Sequence record: OZ195934.1
Reading direction: 5' to 3' (one strand)
Length of the DNA: 64,000 bases
Made by a program: the position numbers and the translations under genes. Numbering within the stretch: the first letter of the stretch is position 1; each line of letters opens with the position of its first letter. Shown here one piece after another: positions 17,998-25,673 of this stretch. Below the pieces are notes generated by a model. It was given only the letters and a program-made list of their open reading frames with translations, did no database searches and was not told where the DNA came from.

Positions 17998-18297
17998 TTA
18001 CACCCCAAGAACATTTGGCAATTGCGAAATGGTATATGTGCTTTCTTGCACACGACCGCGAAACTTCACAAGCATACGATGACTGAAGTCGTCTGGGTGC
18101 TCATCTAAAAGATCAGCATACTTCCACAAGCCACATTCATTGCGCATACTCTGACCGATTGAGTGATGATACACTGCTAAATCAGATTCATCAGCAAGAA
18201 ACGCTTCACGATGCTCTTTCGGAGTATCTTGCCAGATGCCTTTTAACCAACGCTGACAGTGCGCTTCTAAGATCTTTTTAACAATTGCAGTTTTCAT
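17998..18297 (-). CDS. Hypothetical protein (DUF6794-like)
   Basis: G..MRN..GLW and HPDDFS motifs. Confidence 0.55.
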   Translation of the reverse strand: MKTAIVKKILEAHCQRWLKGIWQDTPKEHREAFLADESDLAVYHHSIGQSMRNECGLWKYADLLDEHPDDFSHRMLVKFRGRVQESTYTISQLPNVLGV

Positions 18298-18662
18298 TGA
18301 TAGTCCTTAATGTCGTTGTCGAAGTGACGAATGCACGAGCTATCAAGTCTCGGGCGATCATCGTCTTCAGTGATTGATGGTAGTGTGTAATTATCGTTGA
18401 ACGGCTGACCGCTTGCTTTAGCGATTTCGTACGCGTCTGCACGATTGAAATACTCACCACAATAGTTGATGAAACCTTGCCCGCGATCACCGAGTTCTTT
18501 TCGATGTTCGATTGTACAGCCCGCTTTCTTCAGTGCTTTCATTACACCAGACATGTTGCGACCGAAGTGACAGCTATCAGCTATCACAAGTTCTTCAGTC
18601 GAACCATCGGGGTATGTTACGCGTATCGCGTTTGCAGCAGCAGAAATAATGTTTACGTGCAT
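18294..18662 (-). CDS. Conserved phage hypothetical protein
   Basis: QGFINYCGEYFNRADAYEIA pattern common in phage ORFs. Confidence 0.7.
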   Translation of the reverse strand: MHVNIISAAANAIRVTYPDGSTEELVIADSCHFGRNMSGVMKALKKAGCTIEHRKELGDRGQGFINYCGEYFNRADAYEIAKASGQPFNDNYTLPSITEDDDRPRLDSSCIRHFDNDIKDYQ

Positions 18663-19009
18663 GTATCGAGCCTCATAAAAATGTTACCGATTTTCTTGTA
18701 CTGTTTAGACGCCATGATCATGTTCGTCATCTTCAAGTTACCGACCGGATTGCTCGTTACAAGAACAATCGTGTACGGATAATTGCGATGATCCATAGCG
18801 TGTGATAGAATATCGCTTCCCTCTTTGCCGACTACATCACCGAGATCATTGTCCATTAGCAACGTAATGTCAGTCAAGTTCGTGTGCTTCACGAAATTCA
18901 TTCCCTGTTCGAACGTTCGAAGTGTCAGCTTTTGAGCTGCATTCACTGTGTCGTTCGTCAACTTGTTGATGTCTCGAAGATCATCAATCAAAATATACAT
19001 GTGTTTCAT
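18653..19009 (-). CDS. Cyclic-phosphate-processing receiver-like domain protein
   Basis: LIDDLRD, MDNDLG...EGSDIL, TSNPVG motifs. Confidence 0.65.
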   Translation of the reverse strand: MKHMYILIDDLRDINKLTNDTVNAAQKLTLRTFEQGMNFVKHTNLTDITLLMDNDLGDVVGKEGSDILSHAMDHRNYPYTIVLVTSNPVGNLKMTNMIMASKQYKKIGNIFMRLDTCT

Positions 19010-19257
19010 TACACAACCTCTAACCAATATGCTAATTCATTTGCTGAAGCTAAAGCAGGCGTATAAGAAATCCAGTAGTCTAGATTCTGAGTCATCGACT
19101 CAAGATAGCAATACTCTGAGTCTGCGCTGAAACGATAAATAAACTCATCGTCTTTATACGCATCGACCACTTTAGAACGAGGATTGACTTTAACATCGAA
19201 CCCCGCGTTCTTAAACAACGCAATTGCTGTCTCGTGTTCTGCTTCAAGTAGCGTCAT
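19009..19257 (-). CDS. Hypothetical protein
   Basis: First gene after early promoter, start MTLLEAE. Confidence 0.7.
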   Translation of the reverse strand: MTLLEAEHETAIALFKNAGFDVKVNPRSKVVDAYKDDEFIYRFSADSEYCYLESMTQNLDYWISYTPALASANELAYWLEVV

Positions 19258-19287
19258 ATTATTCTCAGTAGTTGTTTTGATAAATAC

Positions 19288-19316
19288 AAGATACAGAAAA
19301 ACTATACGAGTGTCAA
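19288..19316 (-). promoter_or_regulatory. sigma70-type early promoter
   Basis: TTGACA-17 nt-TATCTT. Confidence 0.65.
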
Positions 19317-19685
19317 ATGAAAAGTGAAAAAAGAACAGACTTTTCTTCGTATCTAGAGGAATCATGGATTCAGAAGAAATACACAGAGTATCAAAATGGG
19401 GCTGAAGCGCGTGCTATGAGACGCATCGGCAAACATCTAACGCGACTGAACAAGCTTGAGAAGAAAGCCGAATCAAACAAACACAAGCCAGAAGTGCAAC
19501 GATTCAACTTGATGGACATTTCATTGACGGTAAATGAAGCTAGACACGACATCAAGAAGCTTCGACGCAAGAACATGAGCAAAGACATGCACGATGAACT
19601 AATCGAAGTAGAGCGCGAACTAGACCGATTTAAGCAGTATTCCGATGAGGGATTGAACTACTTGATGATTAATCAGTTAATTTAG
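19317..19685 (+). CDS. Hypothetical late protein, 122 aa
   Basis: GATAAATA at 19279-19286 upstream; terminator downstream. Confidence 0.75.
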   Translation: MKSEKRTDFSSYLEESWIQKKYTEYQNGAEARAMRRIGKHLTRLNKLEKKAESNKHKPEVQRFNLMDISLTVNEARHDIKKLRRKNMSKDMHDELIEVERELDRFKQYSDEGLNYLMINQLI

Positions 19686-19688
19686 ACC

Positions 19689-19715
19689 AAAAAAAGCCCG
19701 CTAAATGCGGGCTTT
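19689..19715. terminator. Bidirectional terminator
   Basis: aaaaaaagcccgc-taaat-gcgggcttt. Confidence 0.8.
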
Positions 19716-19719
19716 GTCG

Positions 19720-19932
19720 TTAATAGTTATGGCGTAACTTGCGATTGATCGTTTGATCAACAATCGTGGAGTACATCAAATGCTCTTTGTAATATTTCTC
19801 ATCAACTCGATTGCATTGAAATTGTCGAAAGTCTTTGCGCAGTCTCGCAATGAATTTATTCAGTGCTTTGCGAACTTTGCAGACTTCGTTTAATTCCATG
19901 TTTTTCAGTGTTTCTTCAGAAAGTATTTCCAT
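19720..19932 (-). CDS. Hypothetical protein
   Basis: SD GAGG before MEILSEE. Confidence 0.7.
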   Translation of the reverse strand: MEILSEETLKNMELNEVCKVRKALNKFIARLRKDFRQFQCNRVDEKYYKEHLMYSTIVDQTINRKLRHNY

Positions 19933-19962
19933 GATTGTTACCTCTAGGTTATTAGACATAAA

Positions 19963-20042
19963 GGCGAGGTCGGGACTCGAACCCAAACATTGCACCATTC
20001 TCACCATCGAGAAAGTTACACCATCTTACAGCTTAGTGTGCC
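19963..20042 (-). pseudogene. Decayed tRNA-like remnant
   Basis: Intact T arm UUGGG-UUCGAGU-CCCGA, but acceptor 5' strand pairs only 3 bp and anticodon-position loop is 6 nt. Confidence 0.35.
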
Positions 20043-20257
20043 ATAGCTTGAAGTCTGCGCATACGATCACGCAGTTCAAGTTCAGATAAGTCTTCGACTT
20101 TCTCTTCCACTTTGAATTCTTCTACCGGCTCGCCGTCTTTCTTAGCATTGGGACCAATGTTATCCCACAATGGCGAGTTGTGCCACGCGTCTGAACATTG
20201 ATTACCCATACCGCGCCCTTGACGAGCACTTGATTTATCGTGAATTGATTTTGCCAT
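20033..20257 (-). CDS. Hypothetical protein, 74 aa
   Basis: Coupled to upstream ORF (TAATG). Confidence 0.7.
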   Translation of the reverse strand: MAKSIHDKSSARQGRGMGNQCSDAWHNSPLWDNIGPNAKKDGEPVEEFKVEEKVEDLSELELRDRMRRLQAMAH

Positions 20258-20481
20258 TATTCGTTTGACTTCTTAGTTACTTGTCGACCAACACCAACTG
20301 CGGCACCTACAGCAGCAGCACCGGCAGCTTTACCCGCTTTCTTAGCACCAGACTTGGCAGCAGACTTAGCACGATCTTTCACTGACGGCTTTTTCTTAGC
20401 AGGCTTTTTCTTGTCATCGGACGGCTTTTCTTTTTCTTCGTCTAACTGAGACATAAATTGATCAAATGTTTTGTCACTCAT
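20257..20481 (-). CDS. Lys/Ala-rich small protein, possible internal head/DNA-binding protein
   Basis: KKKPAKKK, AKSAAKSGAKKAGK; CTAAATA late-like site upstream. Confidence 0.7.
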   Translation of the reverse strand: MSDKTFDQFMSQLDEEKEKPSDDKKKPAKKKPSVKDRAKSAAKSGAKKAGKAAGAAAVGAAVGVGRQVTKKSNE

Positions 20482-20512
20482 GTGAGTTCTCCATTGTTGT
20501 AGTTAAATGTAT

Positions 20513-20893
20513 TTAGACAAACAACTTTCGGGATAGCTGCACATCGAATTCACGACGAAATGTACAACGCTCATCACCCATCAAAACATCATCAAGCGTA
20601 AAACGCTGACGCTTACGAGAAGTCGCAGTTTCCATCCAACGCGTCATAGCGTCTTCTGTATCGAATTCTAAGCGTCTGCAACGCTGATTAGGTGCATTGT
20701 GTTGACTTCTATCGGTATACGTCTCATAGAGAAACATGCCGCGAACTAGAGCAGCATCAAGCGTGCTTCTGAACTTAACTGTCACGCCATCGATGTCATC
20801 GAACGAACGCATAGTTAAAATCACAGTCGTGTCTTTTTCTTTAGCTATTCGCTTCATCTTCTCGATTGAAACTAGCTTTTCACTTTTGAACAT
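20513..20893 (-). CDS. Hypothetical protein, 126 aa
   Basis: SD AAAGG, ORF. Confidence 0.7.
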   Translation of the reverse strand: MFKSEKLVSIEKMKRIAKEKDTTVILTMRSFDDIDGVTVKFRSTLDAALVRGMFLYETYTDRSQHNAPNQRCRRLEFDTEDAMTRWMETATSRKRQRFTLDDVLMGDERCTFRREFDVQLSRKLFV

Positions 20894-20952
20894 ATATTGT
20901 ACCTTTCATTTCACTTTTCTTCAGCATACTGCATTTTCTAACCGACATAAAC

Positions 20953-20979
20953 AAAAAAACCCGCCTAAAGAGGCGGGTT
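20953..20979 (-). terminator. Terminator ending the RNA-array transcript
   Basis: AACCCGCC-TCTTTA-GGCGGGTTTTTTT. Confidence 0.85.
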
Positions 20980-20993
20980 CATCGTGCATAAAC

Positions 20994-21184
20994 AGACATT
21001 CGTGAACAGTTTTAAAGTCTTTCGCATTAATCACATTTGACTTTCATGTTTAACGATACATGAATCCCTACCAACAAGTTGATAGTCGTACCTTCGAGTT
21101 TATTGCTTTAAGTCACCGAGAATGCGGCTATGCGTTACTCTATCTCTTATTTAAGTTTTGTTAGTTGGTTGCTGTACAATGTCT
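20994..21184 (-). ncRNA. Y-like structured RNA closed by AGACAUU/AAUGUCU with GUACAGCAA and ACG motif strands
   Basis: End-pairing, internal hairpins CUAUCAAC/GUUGGUAG and UUCAUGU/ACAUGAA, no ORF. Confidence 0.6.
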
Positions 21185-21194
21185 TTGCAAAATT

Positions 21195-21283
21195 TGGCGG
21201 AGATACTGGGAGTCGAACCCAGAGAACGCTATTAACGTCCGACACCTTAGCAGGGTGCTGTCATACCATTAGACCATATCTCC
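21195..21283 (-). tRNA. tRNA-Ser(GCU)
   Basis: Cloverleaf, long variable arm, loop CUGCUAA, CCA encoded. Confidence 0.95.
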
Positions 21284-21420
21284 AGTTCGGAATGCTGCTC
21301 TCATTCTCAACTACATATTTGCTCTTATCGCTGCCGTGTAGTACGAGCTTCGCAGGTTCGCTTTCGATAATTTTAAGAGCAGGGCGACTCATACCAGCTC
21401 TATTCAAGCGAACTTGAATT

Positions 21421-21498
21421 TGGTGCCCAACCCGAGATTCGAACTCGGAACTTCTAGCGTTTGAAACTAGCGACTCTGCCAGATTGGCCTAGTTGGGC
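21421..21498 (-). tRNA. tRNA-Leu(CAA), short variable loop
   Basis: Loop UUCAAAC, A73, CCA. Confidence 0.9.
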
Positions 21499-21504
21499 AA
21501 TGTT

Positions 21505-21581
21505 TGGTACGCGTGGGCGGATTCGAACCGCCATCCCTGAGATTTTAAGCCTCATGCCTCTGCCAATTGGACCACACGCGC
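21505..21581 (-). tRNA. tRNA-Leu(UAA), short variable loop
   Basis: Loop CUUAAAA, CCA. Confidence 0.9.
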
Positions 21582-21583
21582 AT

Positions 21584-21657
21584 TGGAGCTCGTACACAGA
21601 ATCGAACTGTGACCAAGTGATTTGCAATCACTTATACTACCGTTATACGATACGAGC
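21584..21657 (-). tRNA. tRNA-Cys(GCA)
   Basis: Loop UUGCAAA, U73, CCA. Confidence 0.95.
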
Positions 21658-21667
21658 AAATGTACTT

Positions 21668-21744
21668 TGGGGTGACAGACGGGGACCGAACCCGCATTTT
21701 CCGGAATCACAACCCGGAGGTATTTCCACTTCACCCACTGCCAC
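21668..21744 (-). tRNA. tRNA-His(GUG)
   Basis: Loop UUGUGAU, C73, CCA; atypical T loop; flanked by 10-bp inverted repeat tgtactttgg/ccaaagtaca. Confidence 0.85.
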
Positions 21745-21815
21745 ACCAAAGTACACTCTGGGACATATAACGTTTATCAACCGGACTCATTTACGTGGGT
21801 CATTCGAGCAAAGCA

Positions 21816-22061
21816 CTACTTTGCTAGTAAGTTTTCTTTCTTGAGATATATACTATCACTTGAGAGTTCGCGAGTAAACATATTTCTGAAATAAATTTGC
21901 ACATCGTCTTCAGTCGTGTTCGACTCAATTTTCTGCGCTAATTCGAGAATTTTGCTTCGCTTGTATCCCTTTCGCCAACAGTCAAACATCAGTTTGTCCA
22001 TTTCTTTCAGTTTTTCGACCTGATTCGGGTGTACATATTCGCGTGTTTCAAGTAATGACAT
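21816..22061 (-). CDS. Hypothetical protein within tRNA array
   Basis: ORF; start moved downstream of tRNA-Val. Confidence 0.6.
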   Translation of the reverse strand: MSLLETREYVHPNQVEKLKEMDKLMFDCWRKGYKRSKILELAQKIESNTTEDDVQIYFRNMFTRELSSDSIYLKKENLLAK

Positions 22062-22081
22062 AGTATATTGCTCATAAAGAA

Positions 22082-22156
22082 TGGTAGTCCCTGAGAATTT
22101 CGAAATCTCGACCTTCGCCATGTAAAAGCGGTGCTCTGCCTCTGAGCTAAGGGACT
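22082..22156 (-). tRNA. tRNA-Val(UAC)
   Basis: Loop UUUACAU, CCA. Confidence 0.9.
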
Positions 22157-22161
22157 ATAAT

Positions 22162-22237
22162 TGGAACGTGTAACGAGATTCGAACTCGTACCTTCGGTTT
22201 GGAAGACCGTAATGCTACCGTTAAACACCATACACGC
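22162..22237 (-). tRNA. tRNA-Gly(UCC)
   Basis: Loop CUUCCAA, U73, CCA. Confidence 0.95.
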
Positions 22238-22529
22238 ATTGTTAATCAGACGCATTGAACAAGTCTTGAATTGCTTTCAAGTTGCTCAACTCTACTTCAA
22301 GTGTTCTTATAAAGAACGGGTTAGTCTCTACAGAGAGACGATATTCAACATCGCGAATGAATCGACCGATGTTGCCCTTGCTTAGTGTAAAGTAGTCATG
22401 CTTCTTTCTCTTCGTTTGAGGTTAGAATTAGATGAACGTGTTCGTTAACTTCTTGCTCAATCTGCCATTGTTCATAGACATATTCAGCATACAAAAGTGT
22501 TTCGTACATAATTCACCTTTCTTAAAATG

Positions 22530-22606
22530 TGGTAGTGACTCTGAGGTTCGAACTCAGTACCAGCGGCGTATGAAACCACGACTTTACCATCATAAGCTAA
22601 GTCACC
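22530..22606 (-). tRNA. tRNA with CAU anticodon (Met, elongator-like)
   Basis: Loop UUCAUAC, several G-U pairs, CCA. Confidence 0.75.
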
Positions 22607-22646
22607 AAAGCAGATATTAACGTATTTAATCAGCACACGGGCTTGA

Positions 22647-22745
22647 CACCACATTGTTTGTGGTCTACGTGAAGAACCTCTGCACAACAATCCCGCTCTA
22701 ATTGCGTTATGTGGTGACTGTCACGAGGAATCTAGTCTTCTTTAA
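22647..22745 (+). pseudogene. Remnant of an HNH endonuclease C-terminus
   Basis: Frame reads HHIVCGLREEPLHNNPALIALCGDCHEESSLL*, preceded by in-frame TGA and no start. Confidence 0.5.
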
Positions 22746-22770
22746 GTGCCTTTCGGCTGTAATAAAGTAC

Positions 22771-23060
22771 AGACAATAACGAAGTGTTTTTTCGTCTTTT
22801 ACATAAATCGCAGTTGACTATCTTGTTACTCTAACAAGCAAGTATCGACTACCTCAGCGTCGCGCCTAGACTGTGTATTTCTACACGCCACATCTTTCGT
22901 TACAAGTCTCGACCTAGCACGTTGTTGCTGTGCTGAACGTCTCGAACCCACGCTAAGACCTAATCATTGTTTTAGTAGATTAGTAGTTTGGTTGCTGCAT
23001 ATTGTCTTACGTGACAGTCAAACACACAATGCCGAAACAATATGCCGAGACGTTCACGCT
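22771..23060 (-). ncRNA. Large structured RNA with two CAGCAA motifs
   Basis: AGACAAUA/UAUUGUCU, GAACGUCUCG/CGAGACGUUC and UCUUAGCGU/ACGCUGAGG long-range helices. Confidence 0.55.
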
Positions 23061-23102
23061 CTTATTTTTCAAGTTCACACTATCGTAGTGACTCTCGTGA
23101 TA

Positions 23103-23178
23103 TGGCATCCCCAGAAAGATTTGAACTTTCAACCCCGAATTTAGAAGATTCGTGCTCTTCCAATTGAGCTATGAGGAC
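23103..23178 (-). tRNA. tRNA-Arg(UCU)
   Basis: Loop CUUCUAA, CCA. Confidence 0.95.
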
Positions 23179-23254
23179 ATCAATAAGATTCGAACCATAA
23201 GATCTTGTGACACGATGGTAGTAAAGAGAGTGTCTATCTCATGTGTTCGAAATT

Positions 23255-23330
23255 TGGTGGAGCTTGAGGGTTACGATCCCTCTACTTCTCCGTGCAAGGG
23301 AGATGTTTTACCGATTAGCACTAAAGCCCC
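23255..23330 (-). tRNA. tRNA-Ala(UGC)
   Basis: G3-U70, loop CUUGCAC, CCA; atypical T loop. Confidence 0.9.
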
Positions 23331-23337
23331 AAATTGT

Positions 23338-23550
23338 CTATTTTAACTCTGTGACGCCTATATTTTTCCAATCAAACAGACCATCGACATCTTCAAGCGA
23401 TTCGCCAGTCACGTCTGCAATATAAGCAGCGACTTTCGATTCGATTTCGTCATTACTTAGAGACTCATCAACAGTGAAAATCTCTTCGTTGTTATTACCA
23501 CCGAATGTGCCGTTAATGTCGTATTCACACCAAACTGATATGTATTTCAT
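23338..23550 (-). CDS. Hypothetical acidic protein, 70 aa
   Basis: ORF with SD GAG. Confidence 0.7.
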   Translation of the reverse strand: MKYISVWCEYDINGTFGGNNNEEIFTVDESLSNDEIESKVAAYIADVTGESLEDVDGLFDWKNIGVTELK

Positions 23551-23575
23551 AATGTCTCACAAAGTTAATAAAATA

Positions 23576-23650
23576 TGGTGCTCCCGGACAGACTCGAACT
23601 GCCATAACCTGATTACAAAACAGGGATAATCGCCTTTATATTACGGGAGC
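23576..23650 (-). tRNA. tRNA-Thr(UGU)
   Basis: Loop UUUGUAA, CCA. Confidence 0.9.
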
Positions 23651-23656
23651 GAAACT

Positions 23657-23766
23657 GAGTGTCGTTTATACCGCGTCTCCAAGACCTGAGATACCAACTC
23701 AGCATGGGATTCGAACCCACCGACGTTTCTTGTATCGAAAGAAATTTTAAATTGCTGTAAACACTC
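23657..23766 (-). ncRNA. Circularly permuted tRNA-mimic (YrlA-like architecture), 110 nt
   Basis: Ends GAGUGU/ACACUC; order: motif strand, anticodon-like hairpin, T arm GUGGG-UUCGAAU-CCCAU, capped acceptor hairpin, D-like hairpin, motif partner strand. Confidence 0.7.
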
Positions 23767-23775
23767 TTAGTATTT

Positions 23776-23849
23776 TGGCTGGGGATAACGGACTCGAACC
23801 GATACTGCGAAAGTCAAAGTTTCGTATGCTGCCATTACATCAATCCCCT
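23776..23849 (-). tRNA. tRNA-Gln(UUG)
   Basis: Loop CUUUGAC, weak 1-72 pair, G73, CCA. Confidence 0.9.
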
Positions 23850-23857
23850 ATTGTTCT

Positions 23858-24082
23858 TTAGCGACTCGAATTGATCTCATCGATCATTCGTTTAGCTAGT
23901 TTCGTAGCTAGTGCTTTATCAGCATCGCCAGTTGTTTCTATGTCGTATGCAATTTTACTCACATACTTTGAGTCTAGCGCACCCGCTGATTGTTTAGACC
24001 AGTGATCCTTGACTTTCTGATATTTCGTCATGTCAATCGAATCTTTTGTCGCTTCACCCAAAAATTCTGCTAATGTTTTCAT
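23858..24082 (-). CDS. Probable internal (head-packaged) protein
   Basis: N-terminus MKTLAEFLGE resembles T4 capsid-targeting sequence; TATAAATA at 24112-24119. Confidence 0.65.
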   Translation of the reverse strand: MKTLAEFLGEATKDSIDMTKYQKVKDHWSKQSAGALDSKYVSKIAYDIETTGDADKALATKLAKRMIDEINSSR

Positions 24083-24111
24083 ATCTCTATTCTTATTAAA
24101 GTGTAAAAACA

Positions 24112-24119
24112 TATTTATA
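24112..24119 (-). promoter_or_regulatory. T4 late promoter TATAAATA
   Basis: Exact consensus 30 nt upstream of ATG 24082. Confidence 0.75.
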
Positions 24120-24122
24120 TGC

Positions 24123-24271
24123 AAGATAACATACACGACGGCGTAAGTAGTCGTTCTTATGTTTAGACTAGAAATCCACGTCACATCATTAATGCTATAA
24201 TTGCGCCACTCTCTACTATGAATATGTTATGCATTATTCATGCAGACTCTTCTTGCGCTGTAAATTATCTT
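24123..24271 (-). ncRNA. Y-like RNA closed by AAGAUAA/UUAUCUU with UUUACAGCGCAA motif variant
   Basis: End-pairing plus motif directly after 5' helix. Confidence 0.45.
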
Positions 24272-24347
24272 TGGCGGAACTGACGGGGCTCGAACCCGCT
24301 TCCTTCTCCGTGACAGGGAGGTATGCACCCAGTTACACCTCAGCTCC
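24272..24347 (-). tRNA. tRNA-Asp(GUC)
   Basis: Loop CUGUCAC, G73, CCA. Confidence 0.95.
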
Positions 24348-24445
24348 CCAAAGATAACTCTTTGTATTAAGACACTGTAATCGTTTGGTTTTTTCTTCAA
24401 ATAAAAAATACTGGTTTGTTTGCAGAATGATTACTATCTTAAATC

Positions 24446-24521
24446 TGGCAGGGACACTCAGATTCGAACTGAGACCAACGGGTTTGGAATCCGTCATGCT
24501 GCCATTAAACACCATGTCCCT
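24446..24521 (-). tRNA. tRNA-Trp(CCA)
   Basis: Loop UUCCAAA, G73, CCA. Confidence 0.95.
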
Positions 24522-24569
24522 ATTGCGTATGAGGTGGCTTAAATCAGTGGCCACTCTCACGCTAAAATT

Positions 24570-24644
24570 TGGTACTCACGAAGAGAATCGAACTCTTATC
24601 TGACGGTTATCAGCCGTCTGCTTTACCGTTAAGCTACGCGAGTA
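24570..24644 (-). tRNA. tRNA-Ile(GAU)
   Basis: Loop CUGAUAA, CCA. Confidence 0.95.
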
Positions 24645-24708
24645 AAGTACGCTCGAAAGCGCACAATGTTAATCGGTTAAGTGACTAGCTCGACCAATGT
24701 AACATATT

Positions 24709-24801
24709 TGGAGGAAGATAACGGAGTCGAACCGTCACCGCGCTACTAACGCAATGGGCTGGTTTTCAAGACCAGTTGCGAACCACATCGCCCTATCTTC
24801 C
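24709..24801 (-). tRNA. tRNA-Ser(UGA)
   Basis: Loop CUUGAAA, long variable arm, CCA. Confidence 0.9.
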
Positions 24802-24806
24802 TTTAA

Positions 24807-25055
24807 TTACTTATGTCGTCCCCAATACATCTTATCAAAGCTGTTTAGGTATTCTTCGACTTTAGCTACATCAGCCGCACTAACAACCCATTCGTTGTCT
24901 TGAGTCGTGCGTTTATTCGCAGGAACTGCTTTAGCGCCTAATTTAGCCATTGTGTTTCTGTGTCGTTCGCGATCCATTGATCCACTAAAAAGTGAGCCAG
25001 ATACGCCGTACGTAACGTCCGTTGCTTCTGCAAGAAACTCTTGTAAAGTTTTCAT
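24807..25055 (-). CDS. Probable internal (head-packaged) protein
   Basis: N-terminus MKTLQEFLAE nearly identical to T4 IP capsid-targeting sequence; CTAAATA upstream. Confidence 0.65.
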   Translation of the reverse strand: MKTLQEFLAEATDVTYGVSGSLFSGSMDRERHRNTMAKLGAKAVPANKRTTQDNEWVVSAADVAKVEEYLNSFDKMYWGRHK

Positions 25056-25099
25056 GTTTTCCACCATTGTCTTAAAACAATATTTAGACGTTTAAAAAT

Positions 25100-25176
25100 T
25101 GGATGCGTGGGAGTGGATTCGAACCACTGACCTCCGGCTTATGAGACCGACGAGCTGACCGCTGCTCTACCCCGCA
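25100..25176 (-). tRNA. tRNA-fMet-like (CAU)
   Basis: 5' UGCGGGGUAGAGCAG..AGCUCGUCGG resembles initiator tRNA; extra A bulge in acceptor 3' strand. Confidence 0.8.
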
Positions 25177-25180
25177 ATTA

Positions 25181-25366
25181 TTACTTACTGAACTGCACTA
25201 CACAAGTATCTGATTGATACACTATCGTGCCAGTTGCTTCCGCGTCTATTTGAACGATGCAGCCATTTGCCCCATCTTCACCGCGTGATGCTACATCTTT
25301 AATCGAAATGCCACTTGAACAAGCTGTCAATGACAGTGCAAGTGCTAATGCTGCTATTGCTTTCAT
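25181..25366 (-). CDS. Small lipoprotein, 61 aa
   Basis: MKAIAALALALSLTAC lipobox; SD AAGGTG. Confidence 0.75.
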   Translation of the reverse strand: MKAIAALALALSLTACSSGISIKDVASRGEDGANGCIVQIDAEATGTIVYQSDTCVVQFSK

Positions 25367-25382
25367 GATGTTCACCTTAATT

Positions 25383-25469
25383 TGGTGGTTCGCCTAGGAC
25401 TCGAACCTAGAAGCCCGTTCAAGGGCGAGGGATTTACAATCCCCTGACTTACCATTAGTCTAACGAACC
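25383..25469 (-). tRNA. tRNA-Tyr(GUA)
   Basis: Loop UUGUAAA, long variable arm, CCA. Confidence 0.95.
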
Positions 25470-25475
25470 AGAATT

Positions 25476-25549
25476 TGGTACTCCGTACGGGAGTCGAACC
25501 CGTCCCTTTAGATTGAAAGTCTAACGATCTACCAATAATCTAACGGAGC
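25476..25549 (-). tRNA. tRNA-Glu(UUC)
   Basis: Loop CUUUCAA, CCA. Confidence 0.95.
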
Positions 25550-25673
25550 ATTGAAAAATTATTTATTAGCAAACTAGCAAGTTATCTGAGATAATCATTT
25601 AACGGGCCCAGCTAGTAAACTAATAGATAATTTCTCATCTAGAGATAGTTTAGTGACTTCTCAACGGTCAATT

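Noticed and set aside
21461-21844. 127-aa plus-strand ORF
   Set aside because: It is antisense to four tRNA genes.
22246-22510. Programmed frameshift joining a 37-aa ORF to a startless 57-codon frame
   Set aside because: No clear slippery site or stimulatory structure; cannot be separated from decay without homologues.
22660-22690. preQ1-I riboswitch-like AGAGGUUCU on the minus strand
   Set aside because: The complementary CCUCU strand and A-rich 3' tail are missing; the sequence is better explained as the antisense of the HNH remnant.
23180-23250. Additional tRNA between Arg(UCU) and Ala
   Set aside because: Only a GGUUCGAAUC T-loop fragment; no coherent acceptor or anticodon stem.
24709-24801. 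tRNA-Sec (starts GGAAGAU like selC)
   Set aside because: Anticodon is UGA (Ser), not UCA, and the acceptor stem is 7 bp.
25555-25630. Long AT-rich hairpin between tRNA-Glu and tRNA-Lys
   Set aside because: No motif or tRNA features; most likely a processing spacer.
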